Below, piece by piece: positions 19,131 through 28,202 of a stretch of DNA of 46,264 nt. The translations under genes and the position numbers were made by a program. The notes below the pieces were generated by a model. That model did not search any database and had not been told where the DNA came from. It saw only the letters and a program-made list of their open reading frames with translations. The DNA comes from an uncultured Candidatus Saccharibacteria bacterium (GTDB taxonomy: Bacteria; Patescibacteriota; WWE3; UBA101185; UBA10185), in contig CAZSDQ010000003.1 of NCBI GenBank assembly GCA_964605725.1, positions 1 to 46,264 on the forward strand, written 5' to 3'. Positions within the stretch are counted from its first letter, which is position 1; each line of letters starts with the position of its first letter.

Positions 19131-20273
19131 ATGCAAGTAAAGCCTGAAGTTGAAAATTTCGCAAAAATAAAAGTTTTAGGTATTGGCGGGGCTGGAGGAA
19201 ACGTAATAAATTCAATGATTGAATCCGGCCAGATTACCGGTGTTGAATTTATTGCGATTAATACCGATGCCCAAGATTTATCAGTTAACAAGGCGGTGGT
19301 TAAAGTACCTATTGGTCAGGAAATAACAAATGGTTTAGGTTCTGGAGCAAACCCGGAAATTGGCAGGAAAGCAGCTGAGGAATCTGTTGATTTAATAAAA
19401 GAGCATCTTGACGGAGCCGACATGATATTTATTACAGCAGGTATGGGGGGCGGTACAGGTACCGGTGCCTCACCGGTTGTAGCAAGAGTTGCTAAAGAGA
19501 TGGGTGCCCTTACAATTGGTGTAGTTACAAAGCCGTTTCCTTTTGAGGGTGCTTTGAGAATGAAAAATGCAGAAATAGGTATATCTGAACTTAGGGATGA
19601 GGTTGATGCTTTAATTACTATTCCCAATCAAAGGTTATTGGAAGTTGCAGATGAAAATATGTCTATTATTGAAGCGTTCAAACTTTCTGATAGCGTTTTG
19701 AATCAGGGAGTTCAGGGTATTTCAGATTTAATAGTTATGCCGGGATTAATAAATGTGGATTTTGCGGATGTTAAAACTATTATGAAAGATGCCGGTACAG
19801 CACTTATGGGCATAGGTATAGGTACCGGGGAGAATAGAGCGGAACTTGCTGCAAAAGCCGCAATTTCATCACCTTTATTAGAACAATCAGTCGAAGACGC
19901 AAAAGGTATTTTATTCAATGTTATCGGTGGTTCTGACTTAACAATGAAAGAGGTTGATAAGGCCGCTAATATTATTAGAAATATTGCCAATGACGAAGCG
20001 AATATTATATTTGGAACAACTATTGATCCAAGAATTTCCGGTCAGGTTAAAATTACAGTTATTGCAACTGGTTTTGATGTAAAACAGGAAGATTTGGGGT
20101 ACGGATTTGTGGAAAGAAATTTGCCTAAGCCTGCTCCTGCGGAAGAACAATATATTAAAAAAGAGGAGCCGAAATCAATTCCGGAAAAGCCAAAAGATAT
20201 GTTCAAGCCCGAAGATTTTGAAGGTGAGTTTGAAAGTAAATACGACATACCGGCATTTTTAAGAGGTAAATAG
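19131..20273 (+). CDS. ftsZ: Cell division protein FtsZ
   Basis: GIGGAGGN, GGGTGTG tubulin signature, INVDFADV, C-terminal DIPAFLR. Confidence 0.99.
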   Translation: MQVKPEVENFAKIKVLGIGGAGGNVINSMIESGQITGVEFIAINTDAQDLSVNKAVVKVPIGQEITNGLGSGANPEIGRKAAEESVDLIKEHLDGADMIFITAGMGGGTGTGASPVVARVAKEMGALTIGVVTKPFPFEGALRMKNAEIGISELRDEVDALITIPNQRLLEVADENMSIIEAFKLSDSVLNQGVQGISDLIVMPGLINVDFADVKTIMKDAGTALMGIGIGTGENRAELAAKAAISSPLLEQSVEDAKGILFNVIGGSDLTMKEVDKAANIIRNIANDEANIIFGTTIDPRISGQVKITVIATGFDVKQEDLGYGFVERNLPKPAPAEEQYIKKEEPKSIPEKPKDMFKPEDFEGEFESKYDIPAFLRGK

Positions 20274-20427
20274 AAATCCTACTTATAAAAAATACGTTTC
20301 AAGTCTTAATTACACTAAATATTATCAAATTGTCTAATATTCACTGCTTGGATTTTTAATAAAATTTTGGTTATATTAACGATAGGCAGTAAAAATTCCT
20401 TTTGAAGATAAAAGTATAAAATTTCTT

Positions 20428-20477
20428 GTGAGTTGTTGGCCTTTGTGTATTTAGGGCAGCAGAGGTTTTTAACTCAC
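20428..20477 (+). promoter_or_regulatory. Candidate structured 5' leader of nrdJ
   Basis: GTGAGTT (20428-34) pairs with AACTCAC (20471-77), enclosing an imperfect GTTGGCCT/AGGGCAGC hairpin; ends 15 nt before the ATG. Confidence 0.35.
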
Positions 20478-20492
20478 TAAATAATAATAAAA

Positions 20493-23072
20493 ATGAATTC
20501 GTATCTTTATTTTAATGATGAGTCGGATTTACAGAAAAATGAAAAAATAGACTTTTCAGAAAACGGAAGAACTATTTTAGAAAAAAGATATTTAAGGAGA
20601 AATAAATTAGGTGAGATCGAAGAAACCCCCGAGGATATGTTTCAAAGAGTGGCAAACGCGATTGCCGAACCGGATGAGCCTTATAGAAATCCTGAGAAAA
20701 CCTCCATTGAGTTTTATAATCTAATTTCCACCAAAAAATTTTTTCCTAACTCTCCTACATTTACTGGAGCGGGAACTCCCATCGGACAATTGGCTGCTTG
20801 TTTTGTATTGCCGGTGGAAGACGACCTTGGAAAAAGCAGAGATGGAATTTTTCAGACATTAAGAAACGCAGCACTGATTCAGCAATCCGGTGGCGGAAAT
20901 GGCTTTTCATTTTCAAGATTAAGAGCCAAGGGGTCGAGAATTTCAACGAGCAACGGTTTGTCCACTGGGCCTGTGGGATTTATGGAGGCATATAACGGTG
21001 CTTTTGGTGTAATAGCTCAAGGCGGGGTAAGAAAAGGCGCAAATATGGGAATATTGAGAGTAGATCATCCGGATATAAGAGAGTTTATTACAGCTAAAAC
21101 TACTGAAGGAAAACTATCAAATTTTAATATATCCGTTGCTTTAACAGATAAATTTTTAGAAGCTGTTGAAAAAGATGAAACATATGAAATTTTTGATCCT
21201 CATACAAAAGAGATTGTGGAAACTCCGAAAGCCAGAGAGATATTTGATCTAATAGTTGAAAATGCATATAAAAACGGAGAACCCGGAGTTCTATTTATTG
21301 ATACGGCTAATAAAGATAACCCTGTTCCCAGCCTTTATGAATTGGAAGCTACAAATCCATGCGGGGAGCAGTGGCTTGGCCCTTATGAAAACTGTTGCTT
21401 GGGATCAATAAATTTATCTGAGCATATTACAAGTGATAATAAAATAGATTGGGAAGAATTAAGAAAAACTGTAATACTATCCACAAGGTTTTTAGATAAC
21501 GTAGTAAGTGCAAATAAATATGTTCCGGCAGTACCTCAATTAAAAGAGGCAGCCCATCAAAATAGAAGAATCGGTTTAGGAATTATGGGTTTGGCTGATT
21601 TATTTTATGTTTTGGGAGTAAGGTACGGTAGCGAGGAGGCACAGGATTTGGCAGGGCAGGTAATGGAATTTATTCGCTTCCACGCTATGAAAGCGTCTAT
21701 AGAGTTGGCAAAAGAGAGAGGGCCTTTCCCAGCTATCAAAGACAGTATCTTCAATCCATCTAATTTAGTTTGGACTCCTCCCACTCCACTAAAGAGTTTT
21801 TCGTTTGGCTGGGAAAGGCCCGCCATCGATTGGAGTGAAATAACGAACGGAATAAGACTGTATGGTTTAAGAAATGCTGCTGTTACAACGGTAGCCCCAA
21901 CAGGTACCATTTCTACTGTTGCTGGAGTAGAGGGTTATGGGTGTGAGCCAGTTTTTGCACTTGCTTATCTTAGAAATGTCTACCAAGCAGCAGGTGACTT
22001 GGAGAAAATGACTCTGACCTATGTCAGCCCGTCATTTCAAAAAGCGTTAGACGATATAGACATGAGTGATGTTAAGAGAAGAGAGATTATTGATGAGATA
22101 ATTCGAGTAGGTTCGTGTCAAAGTATAAAAGATTTACCCGATGATCTACGACATACATTTGTGGTATCAGGTGATATTACGCCAGAAGAACATATTTATA
22201 TGCAAGCTTCTTTGCAGAGATTTGTAGATAACTCAATTTCTAAGACATGTAATTTACCCCCAACAGCAGTTCCCGAGGATGTCGAAAAAGTATATATGAT
22301 GGGTTGGAAATTGGGTTGTAAAGGTTTAACAGTATATGTTTCGGGCAGTAGACAAGAAGAGGTATTAGTTACACAAGAAAAAAAAGAATCAACAACCGAA
22401 GGTGGTAAATCCGATGGTGAAAAACCGGTGGAAGAAGGAAAAATTGATGCCAATAAAGATGTATCAAAAGAAATTACAAATAATGAAGAAAAATTAATCG
22501 TAGAAAAACCCTCTGATGTTAAATTAGAACGTGAGTATAGATTAAATGGTTCAACTTACTGTGTAAAAACACCTCAAGGAAAAGCTTTTATTACAATAAA
22601 TAAGGATTCTAACGGCAGGCCTTTTGAGGTATTTATTAATGTTGGAAAGGCAGGTACTGATGTTTCTGCATTATCTGAAGGTTTAGGTAGATTAGTTAGT
22701 GGTTGGCTTAGAGTTCCCGGGGCATCAGAAAATGCTGTAACTGAGATTATTTCTCAATTAGGAGGTATCGGCGGTAGTAGATCGGTAGGTTTTGGAAAAA
22801 ATAAAGTTAGTTCCATTCCTGATGCTGTGGCAAAAGTATTGTCTGAAGAACTTGGGTATTCTTTGTTAAAAAATCAGTCAAATGGAAACGGGGATAATTT
22901 TATAAGTACAAAAATAAACACAGAATCCTTAAACATACGTAGTGATGCCAGCGGGGTAAGTTTAAATCCTGTAACCGGAAATATCGATGTGTGTCCTGAT
23001 TGCGGAAATTATTCCTTCATCAAAGAAGAGGGTTGTGCTAAATGCTACCTTTGTGGATACTCTGTTTGTTAG
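20493..23072 (+). CDS. nrdJ: Class II (adenosylcobalamin-dependent) ribonucleotide reductase
   Basis: TNPCGE catalytic loop, AACFVL, NCCLGSINL, APTGTIS, DNSISKTCN, GCKGLTVY; C-terminal TSCPD-like domain and CPDC..CAKCYLCGYSVC; no recognisable ATP cone. Confidence 0.95.
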   Translation: MNSYLYFNDESDLQKNEKIDFSENGRTILEKRYLRRNKLGEIEETPEDMFQRVANAIAEPDEPYRNPEKTSIEFYNLISTKKFFPNSPTFTGAGTPIGQLAACFVLPVEDDLGKSRDGIFQTLRNAALIQQSGGGNGFSFSRLRAKGSRISTSNGLSTGPVGFMEAYNGAFGVIAQGGVRKGANMGILRVDHPDIREFITAKTTEGKLSNFNISVALTDKFLEAVEKDETYEIFDPHTKEIVETPKAREIFDLIVENAYKNGEPGVLFIDTANKDNPVPSLYELEATNPCGEQWLGPYENCCLGSINLSEHITSDNKIDWEELRKTVILSTRFLDNVVSANKYVPAVPQLKEAAHQNRRIGLGIMGLADLFYVLGVRYGSEEAQDLAGQVMEFIRFHAMKASIELAKERGPFPAIKDSIFNPSNLVWTPPTPLKSFSFGWERPAIDWSEITNGIRLYGLRNAAVTTVAPTGTISTVAGVEGYGCEPVFALAYLRNVYQAAGDLEKMTLTYVSPSFQKALDDIDMSDVKRREIIDEIIRVGSCQSIKDLPDDLRHTFVVSGDITPEEHIYMQASLQRFVDNSISKTCNLPPTAVPEDVEKVYMMGWKLGCKGLTVYVSGSRQEEVLVTQEKKESTTEGGKSDGEKPVEEGKIDANKDVSKEITNNEEKLIVEKPSDVKLEREYRLNGSTYCVKTPQGKAFITINKDSNGRPFEVFINVGKAGTDVSALSEGLGRLVSGWLRVPGASENAVTEIISQLGGIGGSRSVGFGKNKVSSIPDAVAKVLSEELGYSLLKNQSNGNGDNFISTKINTESLNIRSDASGVSLNPVTGNIDVCPDCGNYSFIKEEGCAKCYLCGYSVC

Positions 23073-23106
23073 TTCTTAATATACTTGGTTAATTAGAATA
23101 TTCTGA

Positions 23107-23134
23107 TTGACTGTAACCTATTTTAGGGTATATT
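23107..23134 (+). promoter_or_regulatory. Sigma70-type promoter upstream of pduO
   Basis: TTGACT-N16-TATATT, the same hexamers as the promoter at 3000-3028. Confidence 0.5.
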
Positions 23135-23157
23135 GATGCCATTCTGTCCTATTTCAT

Positions 23158-23709
23158 ATGTATAAAATATATACAAAAGAAGGGGATTTAGGATTTACCT
23201 CCTTATCAAATATGTTTAAAAAAATTTCTAAAACCGAATTTATTTTTGATGTTTTGGGAACTTTCGATGAGTTAGAAGTTTCCTTGGGCTTTCTTCACTC
23301 AGCCAGATTAGATGATGTGAGGAAAGTTGCAAAAGAAGTTCAGAAAGACTTATTTTCATTAGGATCCGTTATTTCATCAAATGAAAGAATATCAAAAGAG
23401 TCTGTTGAAAAGTGGGAAAACAGAATTAAAGAGTTAGAAGAGGTAATTGATTATTTTAATAATAAAAATGACCCTCTTGAGAGTTTTATTCTTCCAGGAG
23501 GATGTAGGGAGAGCAGCTTTTTACATTTATCACGCGTAACTTGCAGAAAACTTGAAAGAATGGTTTTTCAATATTTAAAAAAAGATAAGAATAAGTTGTT
23601 TATTGGTAAATATTTAAACAGGCTGTCTGACCTCTTATTCGTAATGGCGAGATACTCAAATAAAAAGCTTGGCTTTAAGGATATAATCTGGAACAATAAA
23701 GAGTTGTGA
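23158..23709 (+). CDS. pduO: ATP:cob(I)alamin adenosyltransferase, PduO type
   Basis: KIYTKEGD, GTFDEL, FILPGG, RKLER, YLNRLSDLLFVMAR. Confidence 0.92.
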   Translation: MYKIYTKEGDLGFTSLSNMFKKISKTEFIFDVLGTFDELEVSLGFLHSARLDDVRKVAKEVQKDLFSLGSVISSNERISKESVEKWENRIKELEEVIDYFNNKNDPLESFILPGGCRESSFLHLSRVTCRKLERMVFQYLKKDKNKLFIGKYLNRLSDLLFVMARYSNKKLGFKDIIWNNKEL

Positions 23710-23843
23710 AAAAATATTATTTCTTCCTGTTTATCATATTTATGTCGTTGTTTGCTTTAATGGCAATATTATTTATTAACGCCAAAAAGACAGATGTTTA
23801 TTTTAATGAACACACTGGCAGTGAGTTTTCAATAACCGAATAA
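23706..23843 (+). CDS. 45-aa single-TM small protein, below the ORF-track cutoff
   Basis: GTG overlaps the pduO stop (GTGA); MKKYYFFLFIIFMSLFALMAILFINAKKTDVYFNEHTGSEFSITE; basic N-terminus plus a hydrophobic helix of about 20 aa. Confidence 0.6.
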   Translation: MKKYYFFLFIIFMSLFALMAILFINAKKTDVYFNEHTGSEFSITE

Positions 23844-23880
23844 TTGGTTAATGGTCTAATTTAATGTAATATATTTTATT

Positions 23881-26739
23881 ATGTCGTTTAAATTACCTGA
23901 TAAAAAGCAAATACCCGAAATGGAAGACGAGATATTATCTTATTGGAAAAAAAACAATATTTTTAAGAAATCTGTAGAGAAAAATTCTGAAGATAATTTG
24001 TATGTTTTTTATGATGGTCCTCCTTTTATTTCAGGTCTTCCTCATTACGGACATTTACTTGTATCTATCGCTAAAGATGTAATTCCTAGATTTTGGACTA
24101 TGAAAGGAAAAAGAGTTGAGAGGGTTTGGGGTTGGGATGCTCATGGTTTAACTGTTGAAAATAGGGTACAGGAGGAGCTAGGAATTGAAAATAGAAGGGA
24201 TATTGAAAGTTATGGATTAGAAAAGTTTACCCAAGTTTGTTACGAGTACACTTCAAAAATCTCAGCAGAGTGGGAATGGTATGTAGATAAGATTGGGAGA
24301 TGGGTTGATTTTAAAAATGCTTATAGAACAACTGACCAAAAGTACATGGAAAGCGTTATGTGGGCTTTTAAACAAATTTATGAAAAGGGTTTGATTTATG
24401 AAGGTACCAGAACTTCATTATTTTGCCCTACTTGCGGTACACCTGTTTCAGATTTTGAGATTGCAATGGATAATTCTTATAGAGAAGAAAATGATCTTTC
24501 CATAACAGTGAGATTCAGAGTTATAACGGAAGGAGATTTTAAAGATTATTATCTTTTGGCTTGGACAACTACTCCGTGGACACTTCCTTCAAACCGAGCT
24601 TTAGTGGTGGACGACCAGGAAACATACGTTTCCGTACAATTTGAAAACAATACTTATATTTTAGCCAAAAAAAGATTAGATTTTGTTTTTTCAGATAAAA
24701 ATTATGAAATAAAAGAAGAGTTTTTAGGAAAAGAAATTATAGGGCTCGAGTACGAGCCCCTGTTTACCTTTTACGCCTCAAAAGAAGGGGAATTTAAGGT
24801 TTATTCCTATGAAGGTATGGTAACTATGGAAGAGGGTACAGGGGTAGTTCATAGCGCTCCCGGTTTTGGCGAAGTAGATACTGAGATGGGTAAGCATTTC
24901 AACTTGACTTTAATGATGACCTTGGATGATGAAGGTAAGATGTTACCCGGAAATCAAGATGCAAATCCTTACGAAGGGATGTTTTACCTAAAAGCTAATG
25001 CAATCATTTTAAATGATTTAGTAGAAAGAGGAGTGATATTTAAAAATGAAAAAACCACTCACAGAGTTCCTTATCATGACAGATGCAATACTCTTCTTGT
25101 TCAAAAAGCACAAAACTCTTGGTTTATTGATATTCAAAAAATTAAAGGTGAGTTAATAAAAAATAATGAAGATATTAATTGGGTACCCGAATACGTGAAG
25201 CATGGAATTTTTGAAAAAACTATCGAGCAGGCACCTGATTGGTGTATTTCCAGAAACAGGTTTTGGGCAACACCGATGCCAGTATGGGAATCAAAAGATG
25301 GGGATAGGTTAGTTTTTTCTTCAATAAAAGAAATTGAGGAAGCTTCAGGACAAAAAGTTAAAGATTTACACCGCCCCTATATTGACGAAATAGTTATAAA
25401 TAAAAACGGTAAAGAATACAGAAGAAGACCTGAAGTTTTGGATTCTTGGATGGAGGCGGGGTCAATGTCTTTTGCACAGCTTCACTATCCTTTTGAAAAT
25501 AGAGAAAAATTTGAGAAAAATTATCCCGGAGATTATATTGTGGAGTATAAGGGGCAGGTAAGAGCGTGGTTCCAGAGGATGCATATTATTTCAACACTTA
25601 TTTTTAATTCCAGATGTTTTAATAATGTCGTTGTGACCGGAGTTATGGCTGGTACCGACGGCAGAAAGATGAGTAAAACTTATAAAAATTACCCGGATCC
25701 GAGGGGAATAATGGAAAAATACGGAGGAGATGCTTTAAGACTCTATTTTATGGGCTCTTCATTAATGTCTGGTGAAAATACTAATTTTGACGAAACAGAG
25801 TTAAAAAACAAGCAAAGAAATATCCTAAATCCTCTATGGAATTCAGCAGTTTATTTCTTAATGTATGCTCAAAGTAATAACTGGAGCTCTGAAAATAAAG
25901 TAATATCTAGTAACGTACTTGATAAATGGATTATCATAAGACTAAATCAAACAATATCCGATATAGATAAATTTTTAAAACTGTACAATGTTCCTCCGGC
26001 GGTGAAATCTTTAGAAGGTTTTATTGATGATCTATCAAGATGGTACGTTCGCAGATCTAGAGATAGGATTTCTTCAGGGGATAACGAAGCTTTATCAACT
26101 TTATATACAGTTCTTTTAGAATTTTCAAAAGCTTCGGCTCCTTTGATTCCTTTTATATCGGAAAATATATACAGAACACTTCAAGAAGAAAATTTAGATG
26201 AAAAATCAGTCCATCTTTGTGACTATCCCGTTTTTAATAATGATTTAACGGACGAATCTCAGAAAATACTGATAAATATGAAAAAAACCAGAGATATCGT
26301 ATCCCAGGTATTGTCTGTAAGAGTTGAAAAAGCTATTCCGGTGAGACAAGTGCTAAGTTCTTCAGCAATTTTAAAAGAAAATGATGTCCCGGAAGAATAT
26401 AAGAAGTTGATATTAGAAGAAACAAATATAAAAAATATTGAAGTAGTAGATTCTCTTGATGAGAAACCGATGTGGGAAACCGATCTTACGAACTCAATTA
26501 AACTTAATATAGAAATAACAGAGGATTTACTAAAAGAAGGAAAGGCAAGAGAGTTCATAAGAAACGTCCAAGATATTAGAAAGGAAATGGGGTTGCAGAT
26601 TTCCGATGAAATTGTTTTAACTTACCAAGATAGTTCGGATATGAGTGAGATAATCTCTCTTTACGGAGACGAAATTAAAAATAAACTATTGGCAAAAGAA
26701 ATAATTCCCGGTGAAGAAATCAAGGTAGAAAAGTTATAA
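23881..26739 (+). CDS. ileS: Isoleucine--tRNA ligase, type 2 (IleRS2)
   Basis: DGPP...PHYGH, WTTTPWT, WCISRNR, KMSKT; C-terminal EG.ARE.IR.VQ..RK domain rather than a zinc finger. Confidence 0.96.
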   Translation: MSFKLPDKKQIPEMEDEILSYWKKNNIFKKSVEKNSEDNLYVFYDGPPFISGLPHYGHLLVSIAKDVIPRFWTMKGKRVERVWGWDAHGLTVENRVQEELGIENRRDIESYGLEKFTQVCYEYTSKISAEWEWYVDKIGRWVDFKNAYRTTDQKYMESVMWAFKQIYEKGLIYEGTRTSLFCPTCGTPVSDFEIAMDNSYREENDLSITVRFRVITEGDFKDYYLLAWTTTPWTLPSNRALVVDDQETYVSVQFENNTYILAKKRLDFVFSDKNYEIKEEFLGKEIIGLEYEPLFTFYASKEGEFKVYSYEGMVTMEEGTGVVHSAPGFGEVDTEMGKHFNLTLMMTLDDEGKMLPGNQDANPYEGMFYLKANAIILNDLVERGVIFKNEKTTHRVPYHDRCNTLLVQKAQNSWFIDIQKIKGELIKNNEDINWVPEYVKHGIFEKTIEQAPDWCISRNRFWATPMPVWESKDGDRLVFSSIKEIEEASGQKVKDLHRPYIDEIVINKNGKEYRRRPEVLDSWMEAGSMSFAQLHYPFENREKFEKNYPGDYIVEYKGQVRAWFQRMHIISTLIFNSRCFNNVVVTGVMAGTDGRKMSKTYKNYPDPRGIMEKYGGDALRLYFMGSSLMSGENTNFDETELKNKQRNILNPLWNSAVYFLMYAQSNNWSSENKVISSNVLDKWIIIRLNQTISDIDKFLKLYNVPPAVKSLEGFIDDLSRWYVRRSRDRISSGDNEALSTLYTVLLEFSKASAPLIPFISENIYRTLQEENLDEKSVHLCDYPVFNNDLTDESQKILINMKKTRDIVSQVLSVRVEKAIPVRQVLSSSAILKENDVPEEYKKLILEETNIKNIEVVDSLDEKPMWETDLTNSIKLNIEITEDLLKEGKAREFIRNVQDIRKEMGLQISDEIVLTYQDSSDMSEIISLYGDEIKNKLLAKEIIPGEEIKVEKL

Positions 26740-26757
26740 TTATGTTATATTAAATAT

Positions 26758-28161
26758 ATGCAGGACTTAGTTGTATCTATCAATAAAAATATACTAAAAA
26801 TCTCAACAATTGACAAAGAAGCTCAATTAAAAACAGCGATGTTAAATGTTCCTAAGGAATTAGTCGATGACACAAGAATAATTGATCCAAAAGGTTTTTC
26901 AAATTTACTTGAAAAATCAATTTCTCAAGTTTCAGTACTATCAAAGAATAAATTGGGTTTGAACTTTGTTATGGAACCCCAAGATATTTTTTTAAGATAC
27001 GTCACTGTTTCAAAAAACGGACAGGAAACTGGTGAGCAGATAATTTCCGAGATAAAGGCAAAGGATCCTGATATAAAGTTGGATACACTTTATTTTTCAT
27101 ATAAAAAAATGGCTCCGTTTGTTTATCAATTCGTAGGTATTAGGAAAGAAGTAATGGATAATTATTTGGAGACATCAAACGCTTTGAATATAGGATTAAA
27201 GAGTATTATTCCCTGGGTACTGGCTTTTCCCAAGTATGAAAATGTTAATGATCCTGCAATATTTGTTTCTAAGGTTGACAACGATCAAGTTATAGCACTT
27301 TCTGAATTAAATGGCATTTTCTTTGCAGGTACTTACAAAAAAGAAAAAACCTCCGAAGAATTAACATCCCTGGTAAAGGAATTATCTTTTTATAAAAGAT
27401 CCAGCCCGATAAAATGCATCTTCACTTTTAATTGTGATTCTTTTACTATGCCTAACTATGAGATTAAGAAGATTGAATCACCGAAATTTAATGGAAATTT
27501 CAATCTTCCTGAAGGTTTTGAAATTAATAACATCGTAAACTTTTTGCTTGATTCAGACCCCACGATATTGGGTGGGCAGATAAATGTATTAAACATGCTG
27601 CCACTCCCTGTCGTTGAAAGAAAAGGCTCCGCACTTCTGGTTACCGGTTCTGTAATCGGAGCGTTGCTTCTTTTGGTAGGAGCATATTTTGGAATTACTT
27701 CTTTGGGAAATAAAAAAGCAGGGAACGAACAGTTAGCGCAAAATAACACATCCCAGGAGACTCAGGTCTTGAGCGAAACCACCTCTCAAGAACAACCTGT
27801 ACAGGAAGAGCAACCCCAGCAAGGTACCGATAATGAAAATCCTGAAAAAGATCCTAATGTTGAAGTAAAAAGAGGTAATTTAAAGATAAGAGTTGAAAAC
27901 GGAGCGGGAGTCGGGGGTTTAGCTGCCAGAACAAAGGAATATCTCGAAGGCTTGGGTTATACCGTTTTGACGATAGATACAGCCGATTCAAAGGTCCAGC
28001 CTACGGTATTGCAGTTTAAGTCCACAGTCCAGAAAGAGTTTGAGAATTTAGTCAAAGAAGATATAAAAAATAAGTTTCCTGAAATTGAGGTTAAGGATAA
28101 TATTTCTGAAGACAGTGATTATGATCTCCTAATAACTGTTGGAACGAGTTCCGATCTTTAG
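26758..28161 (+). CDS. Membrane protein with a PilM-like N-terminal domain, one TM, a Q/E linker and a LytR C-terminal domain
   Basis: C-terminus IRVENGAGVGGLA...GY...YDLLITVG matches the LytR_C pattern; N-terminal ~280 aa resembles the PilM actin fold (my own recognition, moderate). Confidence 0.6.
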   Translation: MQDLVVSINKNILKISTIDKEAQLKTAMLNVPKELVDDTRIIDPKGFSNLLEKSISQVSVLSKNKLGLNFVMEPQDIFLRYVTVSKNGQETGEQIISEIKAKDPDIKLDTLYFSYKKMAPFVYQFVGIRKEVMDNYLETSNALNIGLKSIIPWVLAFPKYENVNDPAIFVSKVDNDQVIALSELNGIFFAGTYKKEKTSEELTSLVKELSFYKRSSPIKCIFTFNCDSFTMPNYEIKKIESPKFNGNFNLPEGFEINNIVNFLLDSDPTILGGQINVLNMLPLPVVERKGSALLVTGSVIGALLLLVGAYFGITSLGNKKAGNEQLAQNNTSQETQVLSETTSQEQPVQEEQPQQGTDNENPEKDPNVEVKRGNLKIRVENGAGVGGLAARTKEYLEGLGYTVLTIDTADSKVQPTVLQFKSTVQKEFENLVKEDIKNKFPEIEVKDNISEDSDYDLLITVGTSSDL

Positions 28162-28202
28162 TTACGGTATTGCTCAAACTCTAATATTAGTGTAATATCC
28201 TT

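Noticed and set aside
20311-20326. NrdR box upstream of nrdJ
   Set aside because: A single site with several mismatches including the conserved G, in AT-rich sequence; NrdR boxes normally occur in tandem.
22340-22540. Intein or mobile insert in NrdJ
   Set aside because: The segment is a K/E-rich linker before the C-terminal domain, with no intein C1, HN-C/S/T or LAGLIDADG motifs.
23831-23850. Second LexA box (AATAACCGAA shared with the lexA promoter; TAACC-N8-GGTTA)
   Set aside because: Only one half-site, it overlaps the end of the 45-aa ORF, and it precedes ileS, which is not an SOS gene.
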